Part shown: positions 9,927-20,272 of the stretch, one piece after another
How positions within the stretch are numbered: position 1 is the first letter of the stretch
Layout: each line of letters opens with the position of its first letter
IMG/VR virus record: IMGVR_UViG_3300027708_000078
Location: 1-61,468 of that record
Origin: a virus
Lineage: Duplodnaviria > Caudoviricetes
Length of the DNA stretch: 61,468 nucleotides
Reading direction: 5' to 3' (one strand)
Position numbers and translations under genes: made by a program
Notes under the pieces: generated by a model
The model's input: the letters and a program-made list of their open reading frames with translations, nothing else
Database searches by the model: none
What the model was told of the DNA's origin: nothing

Positions 9927-10898
9927 ATGGTTAAAATTAAGCTTGAATGTTGGTGGACAGATACTTCCTCATTAAATGCAAGAATGATAAGACAATTTGT
10001 TTCGGATGAAGATTTAAAACATTTTTCTTTAGTGAATGAAAATCCTGATTATACAATTGTTTTTGGAAGGACTGATTGGGATAAAATAGAGACTCCAAAA
10101 GAAAAAACTTTTTATATTTCACAAGAACCTTTGTGGTCCCCCAACCAACCAAAAGACGGTATACATAATTACTGTTCAAAAATTTTGATTTCAGATAAAA
10201 GAGATTATCCCGATAGAAATGAATATATTGAAACATTATTACCAATGTTTTATGGAGGTAGTGGGGAAAGTGATAGTAGAGAAGAGTGGGATTGGTCTTT
10301 AAAAATTAAAGACAAAGAGTACATAAAAAATAAACCAATCTCAATTATTGTAAGAAGAGATGGCTCAGTACATTATAATCATTTATCTAATCCAAATACT
10401 TCCGAAATAAATTACCCAAAAAGAACTAATTTAGGCGTAAAATTATCTGAAAATGAAAAAATAGATGTTTTTGGAATTCATTGGATAAATAATGGTAAAA
10501 ATATTAAAGGTGATGTTTGGAATAAGCACGTAGGGTTAGATGAATATTTTTTTTCCGTTGCTTGTGAAAACTCAATACAAAAAAATTATATAAGTGAAAA
10601 ATTTTGGGATACAATATTAACAGAATCAATACCGATATATTTGGGGTGTTCAAATATTACGGATTACATACCATCAAATTGTTTTATCAATTTAAACGGT
10701 ATGACTATTGAAGAAATGGTTAAAACAATTGATGATGTCATTTACAATTATTTAGATTATTATAATTTTTACATAAATAACATTAAAAACTTAAAACAAG
10801 ATTTTTTTAAAAATCCAAAATTTAATTTGTGGGAAAGAATAAAATACGAAATAGAATCTAATGAAAAAAATATTATTAACAATGAAATTTTGGACTGA
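9927..10898 (+). CDS. glycosyltransferase family 10 (alpha-1,3/4-fucosyltransferase-like)
   Basis: YFFSVACENSIQKNYISEKFWD...IPIYLG alpha-1,3-FucT motif; EP motif in the N-terminal half. Confidence 0.8.
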   Translation: MVKIKLECWWTDTSSLNARMIRQFVSDEDLKHFSLVNENPDYTIVFGRTDWDKIETPKEKTFYISQEPLWSPNQPKDGIHNYCSKILISDKRDYPDRNEYIETLLPMFYGGSGESDSREEWDWSLKIKDKEYIKNKPISIIVRRDGSVHYNHLSNPNTSEINYPKRTNLGVKLSENEKIDVFGIHWINNGKNIKGDVWNKHVGLDEYFFSVACENSIQKNYISEKFWDTILTESIPIYLGCSNITDYIPSNCFINLNGMTIEEMVKTIDDVIYNYLDYYNFYINNIKNLKQDFFKNPKFNLWERIKYEIESNEKNIINNEILD

Positions 10899-11583
10899 TG
10901 GTCAAGAAAATTCAACAAGAGTCAGAAATGTAAGTTATACTTGGGAAAAATTAAAAATTTTAAAAAATTTTTTATTAGAAAAAAACATAGACTGTGTTGC
11001 CCATTTATATGATTTTTCACCCGAAAAAATATTAGAAGAATCAATTCATATACCATTTGAATTAGGTTCATATATGAAATCCTCAAAAACAAACAAGATA
11101 ATTGAGTCTAATTTAGATTGTGATTTTATGTTTATGTTTGATTGTGACGCATTTTTTCTTGAGGATGATTTTAATTATTTATGTGAATTAATTAAGAACT
11201 TAGAATCTGGTGATTTTGTTACTTTTGATTTGGCAAAATTAGAAGAAGATGATACGGTATCTGTAATTAAAAATGATTTTGTTGATAAGAATTTTAATTG
11301 GTCATATGCATATTCAGGTAATAAAAATAATGGTCCGTTATGTTGCGGACATAGAGGAGGTTTGGGTGGTGTATATATTTGCGATTTAAATCTTTTAAGA
11401 GACTTAGGAGGATTTAATGAAAAATACGTTGGGTGGGGAGGAGAAGATGGGGATATGATTGACAGAATTACAAGCTCTAATAAAAAATATAGACAAATAC
11501 CAATAAATAAAATAGTACCTTTTCATTTATCACATTTTTATGATTGGTCAAGTGAGAAATATAGTAAAAGATTTAATAGTTAA
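10861..11583 (+). CDS. glycosyltransferase with GT7 C-terminal (galactosyltransferase-like) motif
   Basis: FDCD (DxD) and GGFNEKYVGWGGEDGDMIDR, FHLSH. Confidence 0.75.
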   Translation: MKKILLTMKFWTDGQENSTRVRNVSYTWEKLKILKNFLLEKNIDCVAHLYDFSPEKILEESIHIPFELGSYMKSSKTNKIIESNLDCDFMFMFDCDAFFLEDDFNYLCELIKNLESGDFVTFDLAKLEEDDTVSVIKNDFVDKNFNWSYAYSGNKNNGPLCCGHRGGLGGVYICDLNLLRDLGGFNEKYVGWGGEDGDMIDRITSSNKKYRQIPINKIVPFHLSHFYDWSSEKYSKRFNS

Positions 11584-11586
11584 AAA

Positions 11587-12483
11587 ATGAATAAAAAAAT
11601 AAAATTTATTACTGCAATATATTCTAATTTACACGGGACTGAGATTGGCGGTAGGCCAAGTAGGGGGGGTCATTATAAATGGAGTTTATTATCATTATTA
11701 AAAATGACTGATTCGGATTTTATTTGTTACACATCTGAGGAAGAGTTTGATGATTTATATAATTTTTTTCATATCGAAAATAATGTAGATACTGATAAAT
11801 TACAATTAGTAAAATATAATTTATCCGAGCATTATTTCTTAGAATTATTTAAAAAATATAAAGATATTGAAGGTGCAAAAAGAGGTGACAGGTGTATTGA
11901 AATACAATATATGAAATATATTTGGTTTTTATCTGAAGATATGTCATATGATTATTATTTTTGGATTGATGCAGGATTATCTCATTGTGGTTTAATCCCG
12001 AATAAATATTTAACTGCGGGAGGCCCTCATAATAAGGGATATTATGAAAGTCCGTTATTTAACAATACATTTTTAGATAACTTAATAAAAAACACTGAGG
12101 ATAAATTTACAATAATTGGAAAAGAAAATGATAGGAATTATTGGTCAGGAACCGTAGACCCAAAACATTTTTTTAATTATAATAGAAGCTATCATATAAT
12201 AGGAGGTTTATTCGGAGGAAAAAAAGAATTGTGGAATAATATGTTAGAACTGTTCAAAAAATATGTTTATCAAGTTACAGAAGAAGACGGTAGATTATAT
12301 CACGAAGAAGATATAATGACATTGATTTTTAGAAATCACGAAGATATGTTTAAAATGTATGATTTTGACATTTGGTGGCACGAAAACGAAAGAATTCCTG
12401 GTATTGATAATATGGTTGACTACATCAGTACAAGGAAAAGTTTTTATAAAATTTTAGAAGAATTAAACGGAATTTATGAGTAA
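11587..12483 (+). CDS. HtrL/YibB (WlaTC)-like glycosyltransferase
   Basis: YYFWIDAGL, IIGGLFGG, HEEDIM; paralogous to the N-half of the next gene. Confidence 0.65.
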   Translation: MNKKIKFITAIYSNLHGTEIGGRPSRGGHYKWSLLSLLKMTDSDFICYTSEEEFDDLYNFFHIENNVDTDKLQLVKYNLSEHYFLELFKKYKDIEGAKRGDRCIEIQYMKYIWFLSEDMSYDYYFWIDAGLSHCGLIPNKYLTAGGPHNKGYYESPLFNNTFLDNLIKNTEDKFTIIGKENDRNYWSGTVDPKHFFNYNRSYHIIGGLFGGKKELWNNMLELFKKYVYQVTEEDGRLYHEEDIMTLIFRNHEDMFKMYDFDIWWHENERIPGIDNMVDYISTRKSFYKILEELNGIYE

Positions 12484-14149
12484 AATAACATTAGTAACAG
12501 GTTTATGGGATTTAGGTAGAGGTAATTTGAATGAAGGTTGGAGCCGTTCGTTTGAACAATATTTGGATAAATTCAAACAACTTTTACAAGTTGATGAGAA
12601 TATTATAATATTTGGAGATGAAGAGCTTGCTTCTTTTGTTAAAGAACATAGAGCATCTGAAAATACTCAATTTATTTTAAGACCATTAGATTGGTTCAAA
12701 AATAATGATTATTACCCCTTAATTCAAGACATCAGAAATAATCCTGATTGGTATAATCAGGTAGGTTGGTTGACAGATTCAACTCAAGCGAAACTTGAAA
12801 TGTATAATCCATTGGTTATGTCTAAAATGTTTTTATTGCACGACGCCAAGATTATAGATAGATTTAATTCTGAATATATGTTTTGGATTGATGCGGGTTT
12901 GACAAATACAATCCACCCTGGATATTTTACTCACGACAAAGTTTTAGATAGATTAGAAAAATATATTTCAAAATTTTCTTTTATTTGTTTTCCATATGAC
13001 GCAAACACAGAAATACACGGATTCGAATATAATAAATTAAATTCAATTGCAGGTGATAAAGTTAATAAAGTATCGAGAGGAGGATTTTTTGGTGGACCAA
13101 AAGAATCAATCTCTAATATGAATTCAATATATTATGGGTTGTTATTATCTACATTACGGGAAGGTTATATGGGTACAGAAGAAAGTATTTTCACTATAAT
13201 GACATATAAACATTCGGATTTAATAAATTATTTTGAAATTGAAGGTAACGGATTGATGGGTAAATTTTTTGAAGATTTAAAAAATGATAGTTTAAAAGTT
13301 AAATCCGAAAGTAAAATATCTGTAGAAAACACGTTGGACACAAATAAAGTTGGTCTTTATGTTTTAACATTTAACAGTCCAAATCAATTTAGAACTTTAA
13401 TTAAATCGATGTTGGAATATGATAAAGATTTTATTTTAAAAACTACAAAATTTTTATTAGATAACTCTACAGATGAGACAACATTTAATGAATATTCAGA
13501 ACTTTGTAATGAACACGGATTTGAACACATTAAAAAAGATAATTTAGGTATTTGTGGTGGTAGACAATGGATTGCGGAACATTTTGATAAGACTGATTTA
13601 GACTATTATATTTTTAGTGAGGACGATATGTTCTTTCAACATAAACCAAACGAAACTTGTAGAAATGGTTTTAACAGATACTCACCAAATTTATTTTCAA
13701 ATACTTTACAAATAATTAAAAAAGAAAATTTAGATTTTATAAAATATAATTTTAGTGAATTTTATGGAGATAATAGTACTCAATGGTCGTGGTATAACGT
13801 ACCACAATCCGTTAGAGAACAATTTTGGCCTGAAAAAACTAAGTTACCCCAAATAGGATTAGACCCCAACGCACCTAAAACCAAATTCAATAATATTAAA
13901 ATTCATAATGGTTTACCTTATGCTGATGGTGAAATATACTACTGTAATTGGACTCAATTAATTAGTAGGACGGGAAATAAAAAAATGTTTTTAGATATTA
14001 CTTGGGCTCATCCTTTTGAAAATACGTGGATGTCTCATATGTATCAATTAACTAAGAAGGATGAGTTAAAAGGCGGGTTGTTATTACTTACTCCAGTTGA
14101 ACACAATAGATTTGACCATTATGATGGAAAGTTAAGAAAAGAATCATAA
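12476..14149 (+). CDS. HtrL/YibB-like glycosyltransferase fused to a second GT-A domain
   Basis: TLVTGLWDLGR, FWIDAGL, RGGFFGG, GTEESI; second domain with LDNS, NLGICGGRQ, FSEDD. Confidence 0.7.
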   Translation: MSKITLVTGLWDLGRGNLNEGWSRSFEQYLDKFKQLLQVDENIIIFGDEELASFVKEHRASENTQFILRPLDWFKNNDYYPLIQDIRNNPDWYNQVGWLTDSTQAKLEMYNPLVMSKMFLLHDAKIIDRFNSEYMFWIDAGLTNTIHPGYFTHDKVLDRLEKYISKFSFICFPYDANTEIHGFEYNKLNSIAGDKVNKVSRGGFFGGPKESISNMNSIYYGLLLSTLREGYMGTEESIFTIMTYKHSDLINYFEIEGNGLMGKFFEDLKNDSLKVKSESKISVENTLDTNKVGLYVLTFNSPNQFRTLIKSMLEYDKDFILKTTKFLLDNSTDETTFNEYSELCNEHGFEHIKKDNLGICGGRQWIAEHFDKTDLDYYIFSEDDMFFQHKPNETCRNGFNRYSPNLFSNTLQIIKKENLDFIKYNFSEFYGDNSTQWSWYNVPQSVREQFWPEKTKLPQIGLDPNAPKTKFNNIKIHNGLPYADGEIYYCNWTQLISRTGNKKMFLDITWAHPFENTWMSHMYQLTKKDELKGGLLLLTPVEHNRFDHYDGKLRKES

Positions 14150-14165
14150 CAATATATTTATTGTT

Positions 14166-16085
14166 ATGGAATTTTTTATCAAGAGTGGTGCAAATCTACC
14201 GGCACTTAAAATGCAGGTTATCTCTGACGGACGAAGCGATTTTAAGTCAGTAATAGAAAGTTTAGAGCAATCAAAAGTATTTTTATCTATGGTAGATGTT
14301 ACCACAGGTATAAATAAGATTGCATTAGCACCTTGCGATATTATAACTGAAACAAATCCTGACGGAACTTTAAATTATTTTATTTATTATAAGTTCACCA
14401 CAAAAAATACCAACAAGCCAGGTAGATACAAAGTAGAATTTTTCATACAAAATGTGGAAGGTAATTTAAATTTACCAATTAAAGATACGTTATTTGTTAA
14501 CGTTCAAGAATCTTTTGTTAGTATTGCAAATTGTTGTCCTGATAATACAAGAATAAGATTAAGATTATCGGCATACATTAGTTCTGGTTCTATTAACATT
14601 TTATATGTTTTAGAATCAAATAAAGAACTTCCTGTTGGATTTACATTAAATTTCACAAATACATATGATGTTTTTACGGGTCCTCCTATAGTTGTTTCAA
14701 CGGGTGTTACAATTAGTGCTGGTACTAAGTATGGTGAAACAAATGTTTATTTATCTTCTGAAGATTTTAATAATTTAAAAAGTATTGGTAATTTTTCAAA
14801 TCTAACATTTAATCCAAGTTATATTTCAAATATTTTTGATTTAACGGAACAATCATTTTTTGTTACGGCAACTCCTACTCCTACACCTAGTATTACTCCA
14901 ACATTAACATCTACTCCAACACCAACACCAACTCAAACTGAAGAGGTAATTACAGACGCAATTTTAACTACGGATATTGGTTTAATTTCAGTTGGTCTTG
15001 GATTCTACTTAAAATTTGTGGACTTTGAGCCAGAACAAAATATAACGGACGCAATATTAACAAATGATGGTGAATATATTTTGGTTGGAACCGATATGTA
15101 CTTGAGTTTTATTGACCCAACCCCAAATCCAACTCCAACTCAAACACCCACACAATCTAATACACCTACAAATACTTCTACTAATATTCCTATTAATACT
15201 CCTACACCAACTCCCACACCAACTCAAACAGAACAAGTTATAATTGATGCAATATTAACAAATGATGGTAATTATATTCAAGTTGGGAATGAAATATATT
15301 TAAAATATATTAACCCCACACCTCCACCAACACCAACCCAAACACCTACCAATACTCAAACACCCACAAATACACCTACTCCAAGTATAACTCCAACATT
15401 TACTCCAACCAATACTAAAACTCCAACACCTACACCAACAATAGCATCAATAGTTACAGATGGATTAGTGTTGTATTATGATTTTAGTAATCCTTTTAGT
15501 TATTCGGGAAGTGGAGTTAATATAATTGATTTATCACCTTCTAATAATAATGGAATTGTTGTAAATGATTATGTACATATATCTTATGTTAATTCAGGCA
15601 ACACTAGTTATTTTAATTGGGATAGTAACTCAGGTGGTAGTGGAGGAAATTCATTTGGCGGTAGTATACACACAAGTTCAGCAAATACTTATCAAGATTT
15701 TACTATGGTGTTTCAACCTGACTTTTTGGTGGGTGGAATGGCTGGTTTATTTAGTATTCCAAATGATAAAAGTTTAAGGGTTTATGGTAATGGTTGGGGA
15801 TTTCCAAATCCAGGTAATAACGATGATTGGGCAAGTTCATCAGCAACAAACTTCTATATAAATGGACAAGTAAGTAATCAAGCGGTGTCAGGATGGAATA
15901 TTATGGGTGGAGCAACAACCAATAGTAATTTTGCGGGACTTACCCAATTATACGTCGGTACTAGTGGATATCAAGATAGAAATATGCAAGGTAAGATTGC
16001 ATTAGTATTAATGTATAATAGAGCTTTAACAGGTCAAGAACAAATACAAAACTACAATTTCCTTAAAACTAGGTTTGGATTATGA
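14166..16085 (+). CDS. virion/fibre protein: BppU-like N-terminus, Pro/Thr linkers, C-terminal LamG/ConA-like domain
   Basis: IVTDGLVLYYD...YNRALTGQEQIQNYN..K.RFGL; three PT tracts; three I(T/I)DAILT.D..(Y/L)I.VG...YL repeats. Confidence 0.65.
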   Translation: MEFFIKSGANLPALKMQVISDGRSDFKSVIESLEQSKVFLSMVDVTTGINKIALAPCDIITETNPDGTLNYFIYYKFTTKNTNKPGRYKVEFFIQNVEGNLNLPIKDTLFVNVQESFVSIANCCPDNTRIRLRLSAYISSGSINILYVLESNKELPVGFTLNFTNTYDVFTGPPIVVSTGVTISAGTKYGETNVYLSSEDFNNLKSIGNFSNLTFNPSYISNIFDLTEQSFFVTATPTPTPSITPTLTSTPTPTPTQTEEVITDAILTTDIGLISVGLGFYLKFVDFEPEQNITDAILTNDGEYILVGTDMYLSFIDPTPNPTPTQTPTQSNTPTNTSTNIPINTPTPTPTPTQTEQVIIDAILTNDGNYIQVGNEIYLKYINPTPPPTPTQTPTNTQTPTNTPTPSITPTFTPTNTKTPTPTPTIASIVTDGLVLYYDFSNPFSYSGSGVNIIDLSPSNNNGIVVNDYVHISYVNSGNTSYFNWDSNSGGSGGNSFGGSIHTSSANTYQDFTMVFQPDFLVGGMAGLFSIPNDKSLRVYGNGWGFPNPGNNDDWASSSATNFYINGQVSNQAVSGWNIMGGATTNSNFAGLTQLYVGTSGYQDRNMQGKIALVLMYNRALTGQEQIQNYNFLKTRFGL

Positions 16086-16142
16086 TAATAAAAAAGTAAA
16101 TAATAAAATAATAAGAGATATTTATATAAAAAAAGAAAAATT

Positions 16143-19100
16143 ATGTTAACAGGAAAAACAATAGGACAATTAACTTATTTGGAAACACCGACACCGGATA
16201 CTTTAATACCCGTAGAATTAAACGGTGCAACATATCATATTGACTTCTCCGCAATTACTTCTGGAGGATTTATTGAAGTGACTTACTCTGAACTTGTAGA
16301 TAAAATCACGGGTGAAACATTAACAAAAGGTATTCATTATATCATAACAGATTTTAAAACTTGTTATGATGTTCCCGAATATTATTATAATGGTAATCCA
16401 AAAGATAATGGTGTGATTGATTATATGCAAGGTAATGTTGAACCAATTATTGTTTTATCAACAAGCTCAAATACAATTAGTTCAACCGCGTATCAACAAG
16501 CATATCCAAATGATAGAATCCAATATGATTGGACTTTTAGTGCAACTGAAATAACTCAAGGTGTTGCGTATGGTAGAATTTCTGAAAGAATTGATGAATA
16601 TAACAATAGAACCGATTATGACCACAGAAATATCTATTTTAGTAGATTTCAATCATATAATAAGGGTTCTCAATTAACAGGAACTATAGGTAGTTATGAT
16701 AGTGCAACTGGTATAATATCAGGTAATAGTACATTATTTTTATCAGAAGTTTCAATTGGTGATATATTATTTTTTGAATATCAGGGTTATATGGTTGGTG
16801 TTAGGGTTTTTAGTGCTAGTACTAATACTTTAATATATGTTATTGTTGACCCATCATTTGGAAGTCAAGTAAACTTTACAGGAGGACTTATTCCTTTTTA
16901 TAGCTCAACATCAACAGGTGATTATAACGAATATAAAGAAGTATATATTGGACAAAAAATTGAGGAGGACTTTCAAAGAATCCTAACTTTTAATTTAAAC
17001 GGGACTGCGGTACATAACTATGTTGGTGATTATTCTAAATTTTATCTTGAAGACAATGTCAGTACCCCTATATTTTTATTAGCAAACAACGTGTTTTTTG
17101 GTAGTAACACTTACTCAAACACAATCGGTGATTTGTCTTATAATAATACCGCAACATATTCCTTTTCAAATAATAAAATATCCAATCAATTTTATAATAA
17201 TACAATTCATCAGAATGGTTTTTATAGCAATAATATTGGTCTATTATTTAACAATAATATTGTTTATGGTGAATTATGGAGTAATACAATTGAAGAAAAC
17301 TTTAATTCTAACATAATTTATTCTGAATTTTATGATAATCAAATAGGTTTAAATTTTGAAGAAAATACTATCGGTGACAATAGGAATTTAGGTAATTTTA
17401 ATTTTTATAGAAACAAAATAGGAAATGATTTTCGATATAATATCATTAGACAAAATTTCCAAAATAACCAAATTGGTAATCAATTTAACAATAACTTCGC
17501 TAATGGTAATTTTTATAAAAATGTTATTGGAAACGGATTTAATTATAACCGTAATATTGGGTATGATTTTTATGGTAACCACATTGGTAATGGGTTTAAT
17601 AATAATGAATTAATTGGAGATTATTTTCACGACAATCAAATCGGTGAATATTTTGAATATAATAGTATTTCATATAAATTTAATAATAACCAAATTGGTA
17701 ATATTTTTGAAAATAATACTTTAGGTGACACTCAATATTTTAATTGGAATAATACAAGTATTGAAAATTTAACGGCAAGAACTTATAACACATTTTATAA
17801 TTCATTATATGGTGATGGTGGACAAAACGTTGGTAATGTTATTTTAGGTAAGGAACTTATAATGCATTTTTATCGTGATTCAGGTACAACATTAACAAGT
17901 GGTTATTTGGTGGTTGGTGAGACATATGAAATAACAAACGTAGCGTTTGGCGGTGGTGATTTCAGTAATGTCGCCGATGTTCAAAGCGGAACTATTAATC
18001 AAAATGGTTGTATTTTCATCGCAACAGGAACTACACCAAGTAGTTGGTGTGGAATAACAGTAACCGAATTAACCGTTTATAATGAATATCACAAAGTTAA
18101 ATTCACACAATGGACTCAAGGTGGTAATGGTGGTGGTTTTTCGTATGAGAGAACAAAGGTATATCCGACATCGGAACCAACTTTTTATTTTACAAAATTA
18201 AATTACCAAGATATAATTGATATAGTTGTTCCTAGTCGTCTTGAAATAACCAGAAATAATAATGGGGCGATTTATAATGATGTAATAGAAAATGGATGGA
18301 ATCAAAACGTTTCGCCTGAAGGAACTCAATGGAACTCAATTTATACTCAACAATATAATGGTAGTAATTTTAAATATAATACAATTGTCAATGAATTTAA
18401 GGGTAACTATATTCGTGGCGATTTTCAATTAAATTCAATTGAGTCGTATGTTGGTACTAATCAATTTTCTGGTGATACATATCAGAATAAAATTGGTTCG
18501 TATACCTTTGGTAATGACTTTTTGGGTTATATGTTTAATAACTCGTGGATGGGTAGTTTTGATAATAATACCTTTGGATATAATTTAAATGCCAACACAT
18601 TTGGTTCGTCAATTAGCAATAACACAATTGGTTATGATTTCATTAATAATGAAATTAAATCTGATTTTGATAATAATACAATTGGTAATGGTTTTCAAAC
18701 TAATCAAATTGGTAGTAGTTTTACTAACAATACTATTGATGATAATTTTGGTTATGGGGTTTCATACCCACAAGGAAATAAAATAGGTAATAATTTTTAT
18801 AACAATACTGTTGGTGAATATTTCTACAATAACTCTATCCCTGATAATTTTATAGATAACACAATTGATAATTATTTCCAATGGAATATTGTTAACACAG
18901 CAATTAGTGGTGTTTGTTTAAGTACTGGTGCGTTATATCATAATACAACAGTTAATGTATTTAAAAATAAAAATGGTGATAATAGATTATCATATTATGA
19001 TGAATCTGATGTTCTAACAGTAGAAACATTAAATGAAGCGCCTTGTTTAAGTGGATTAAATGCGTTAGATATACCAGAAAATGATTTAAATTTTGGATTG

Positions 19101-19574
19101 GTGTTAAATTCCTCATTTACAGTATATTCTACAGATATTGTAAGTTATGGACAAGGAACTAATATAACGGCAAATGGAACAAGTGGGTTTGATTCAGGTC
19201 CATCTCAAACAGGTGTCGGTAATCAAGAGTATATTATTCAGGATAATATGAGTCAAAGATTAAAAGATGAAATACTTGGTTTATTTATTAGTGAAGGTTT
19301 ATCAACAAATAGTACGGGATATGTCTTTGATGTTACTTGGGGACCAGGTAGTACAATTACAAATGGTAAAGCGATGATAGGTTATTATTGGAATGGTGGA
19401 ACAAATTATGGTAATATACAACTTTCTCCTATTAGTACCGCCAATAATGATTGGATGACATCAGGACAAAATATGTTCACATCACCATTAGCGGCAGTTG
19501 GGACATTTAATTTTCCTGCAACATTTACTTTGTATAAACCAATAATTTCAAACCCAAGCAATTGGTATTGTTAA
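16143..19574 (+). CDS. large tail fibre/spike protein with Asn-rich beta-helix repeats
   Basis: Two long tracts of ~10-aa N.IG..F..N repeats; EVTYSEL...HYIITDF N-terminal fibre motif. Confidence 0.65.
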   Translation: MLTGKTIGQLTYLETPTPDTLIPVELNGATYHIDFSAITSGGFIEVTYSELVDKITGETLTKGIHYIITDFKTCYDVPEYYYNGNPKDNGVIDYMQGNVEPIIVLSTSSNTISSTAYQQAYPNDRIQYDWTFSATEITQGVAYGRISERIDEYNNRTDYDHRNIYFSRFQSYNKGSQLTGTIGSYDSATGIISGNSTLFLSEVSIGDILFFEYQGYMVGVRVFSASTNTLIYVIVDPSFGSQVNFTGGLIPFYSSTSTGDYNEYKEVYIGQKIEEDFQRILTFNLNGTAVHNYVGDYSKFYLEDNVSTPIFLLANNVFFGSNTYSNTIGDLSYNNTATYSFSNNKISNQFYNNTIHQNGFYSNNIGLLFNNNIVYGELWSNTIEENFNSNIIYSEFYDNQIGLNFEENTIGDNRNLGNFNFYRNKIGNDFRYNIIRQNFQNNQIGNQFNNNFANGNFYKNVIGNGFNYNRNIGYDFYGNHIGNGFNNNELIGDYFHDNQIGEYFEYNSISYKFNNNQIGNIFENNTLGDTQYFNWNNTSIENLTARTYNTFYNSLYGDGGQNVGNVILGKELIMHFYRDSGTTLTSGYLVVGETYEITNVAFGGGDFSNVADVQSGTINQNGCIFIATGTTPSSWCGITVTELTVYNEYHKVKFTQWTQGGNGGGFSYERTKVYPTSEPTFYFTKLNYQDIIDIVVPSRLEITRNNNGAIYNDVIENGWNQNVSPEGTQWNSIYTQQYNGSNFKYNTIVNEFKGNYIRGDFQLNSIESYVGTNQFSGDTYQNKIGSYTFGNDFLGYMFNNSWMGSFDNNTFGYNLNANTFGSSISNNTIGYDFINNEIKSDFDNNTIGNGFQTNQIGSSFTNNTIDDNFGYGVSYPQGNKIGNNFYNNTVGEYFYNNSIPDNFIDNTIDNYFQWNIVNTAISGVCLSTGALYHNTTVNVFKNKNGDNRLSYYDESDVLTVETLNEAPCLSGLNALDIPENDLNFGLVLNSSFTVYSTDIVSYGQGTNITANGTSGFDSGPSQTGVGNQEYIIQDNMSQRLKDEILGLFISEGLSTNSTGYVFDVTWGPGSTITNGKAMIGYYWNGGTNYGNIQLSPISTANNDWMTSGQNMFTSPLAAVGTFNFPATFTLYKPIISNPSNWYC

Positions 19575-19578
19575 TAAA

Positions 19579-20250
19579 ATGATTATTCATAGGTTACATA
19601 ATACAAGAGGGAATATTAAAGCGAGTTGGATTAATTCGTATAGGACATTTAGTTTTCCTTCATATTATGATGCTAATTATATGAATTTTGGTGACTTACA
19701 AACCATTAATGATGATAGGGTTCAACCTGGAGGACACGTACCGATACACGAGCACAAAAATATGGAAATATTTGGTTATGTGGTAGAAGGTGTTTGTAGA
19801 CATACTGATAGTCACGGAAAGGTATTAGATATACCATCAGGTGCAGTACAAAGAATGAGTACAGGACGAGGAATAAAACACACAGAAGGTAATGCTTCGG
19901 ACACTCCAAATCGTTATCTCCAACTATGGATTAAACCAAATGTGTTTGATACTGAACCAATACACGAATGGCATCAGTTTACAAGGGAAGATAAGTTAAA
20001 TAAATTTTGTGATATAACTGAAAAATTACCAATTAAACAAGACGCTAAATTATTATCGGGAATATTTACTGAAGATTTTACATTTGAACTTAATAACACA
20101 CGTAGATATTATCTATATGTCGTTTTGGGAGAAACAAATGTAAATAATCATTCATTAATTGAAGGTGATGGTTTAAGTTTTACAAATGAAGATAAAATTG
20201 AGATTCAATCAATAAATGAATCTGAAATAATACTATTTGATTTACAATAA
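19579..20250 (+). CDS. pirin family protein (YhhW/quercetinase-like)
   Basis: TFSF..YYD, INDDRV, H.HKNMEI, H.DSHG, VQRMSTGRGIKHTE, LQLWI. Confidence 0.9.
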   Translation: MIIHRLHNTRGNIKASWINSYRTFSFPSYYDANYMNFGDLQTINDDRVQPGGHVPIHEHKNMEIFGYVVEGVCRHTDSHGKVLDIPSGAVQRMSTGRGIKHTEGNASDTPNRYLQLWIKPNVFDTEPIHEWHQFTREDKLNKFCDITEKLPIKQDAKLLSGIFTEDFTFELNNTRRYYLYVVLGETNVNNHSLIEGDGLSFTNEDKIEIQSINESEIILFDLQ

Positions 20251-20272
20251 ATAAAAATAAAAAAATAAAAAA

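Noticed and set aside
6030-14149. Host LPS/capsule operon contaminating the contig
   Set aside because: No flippase, polymerase or nucleotide-sugar genes; composition and start context match the flanking phage genes
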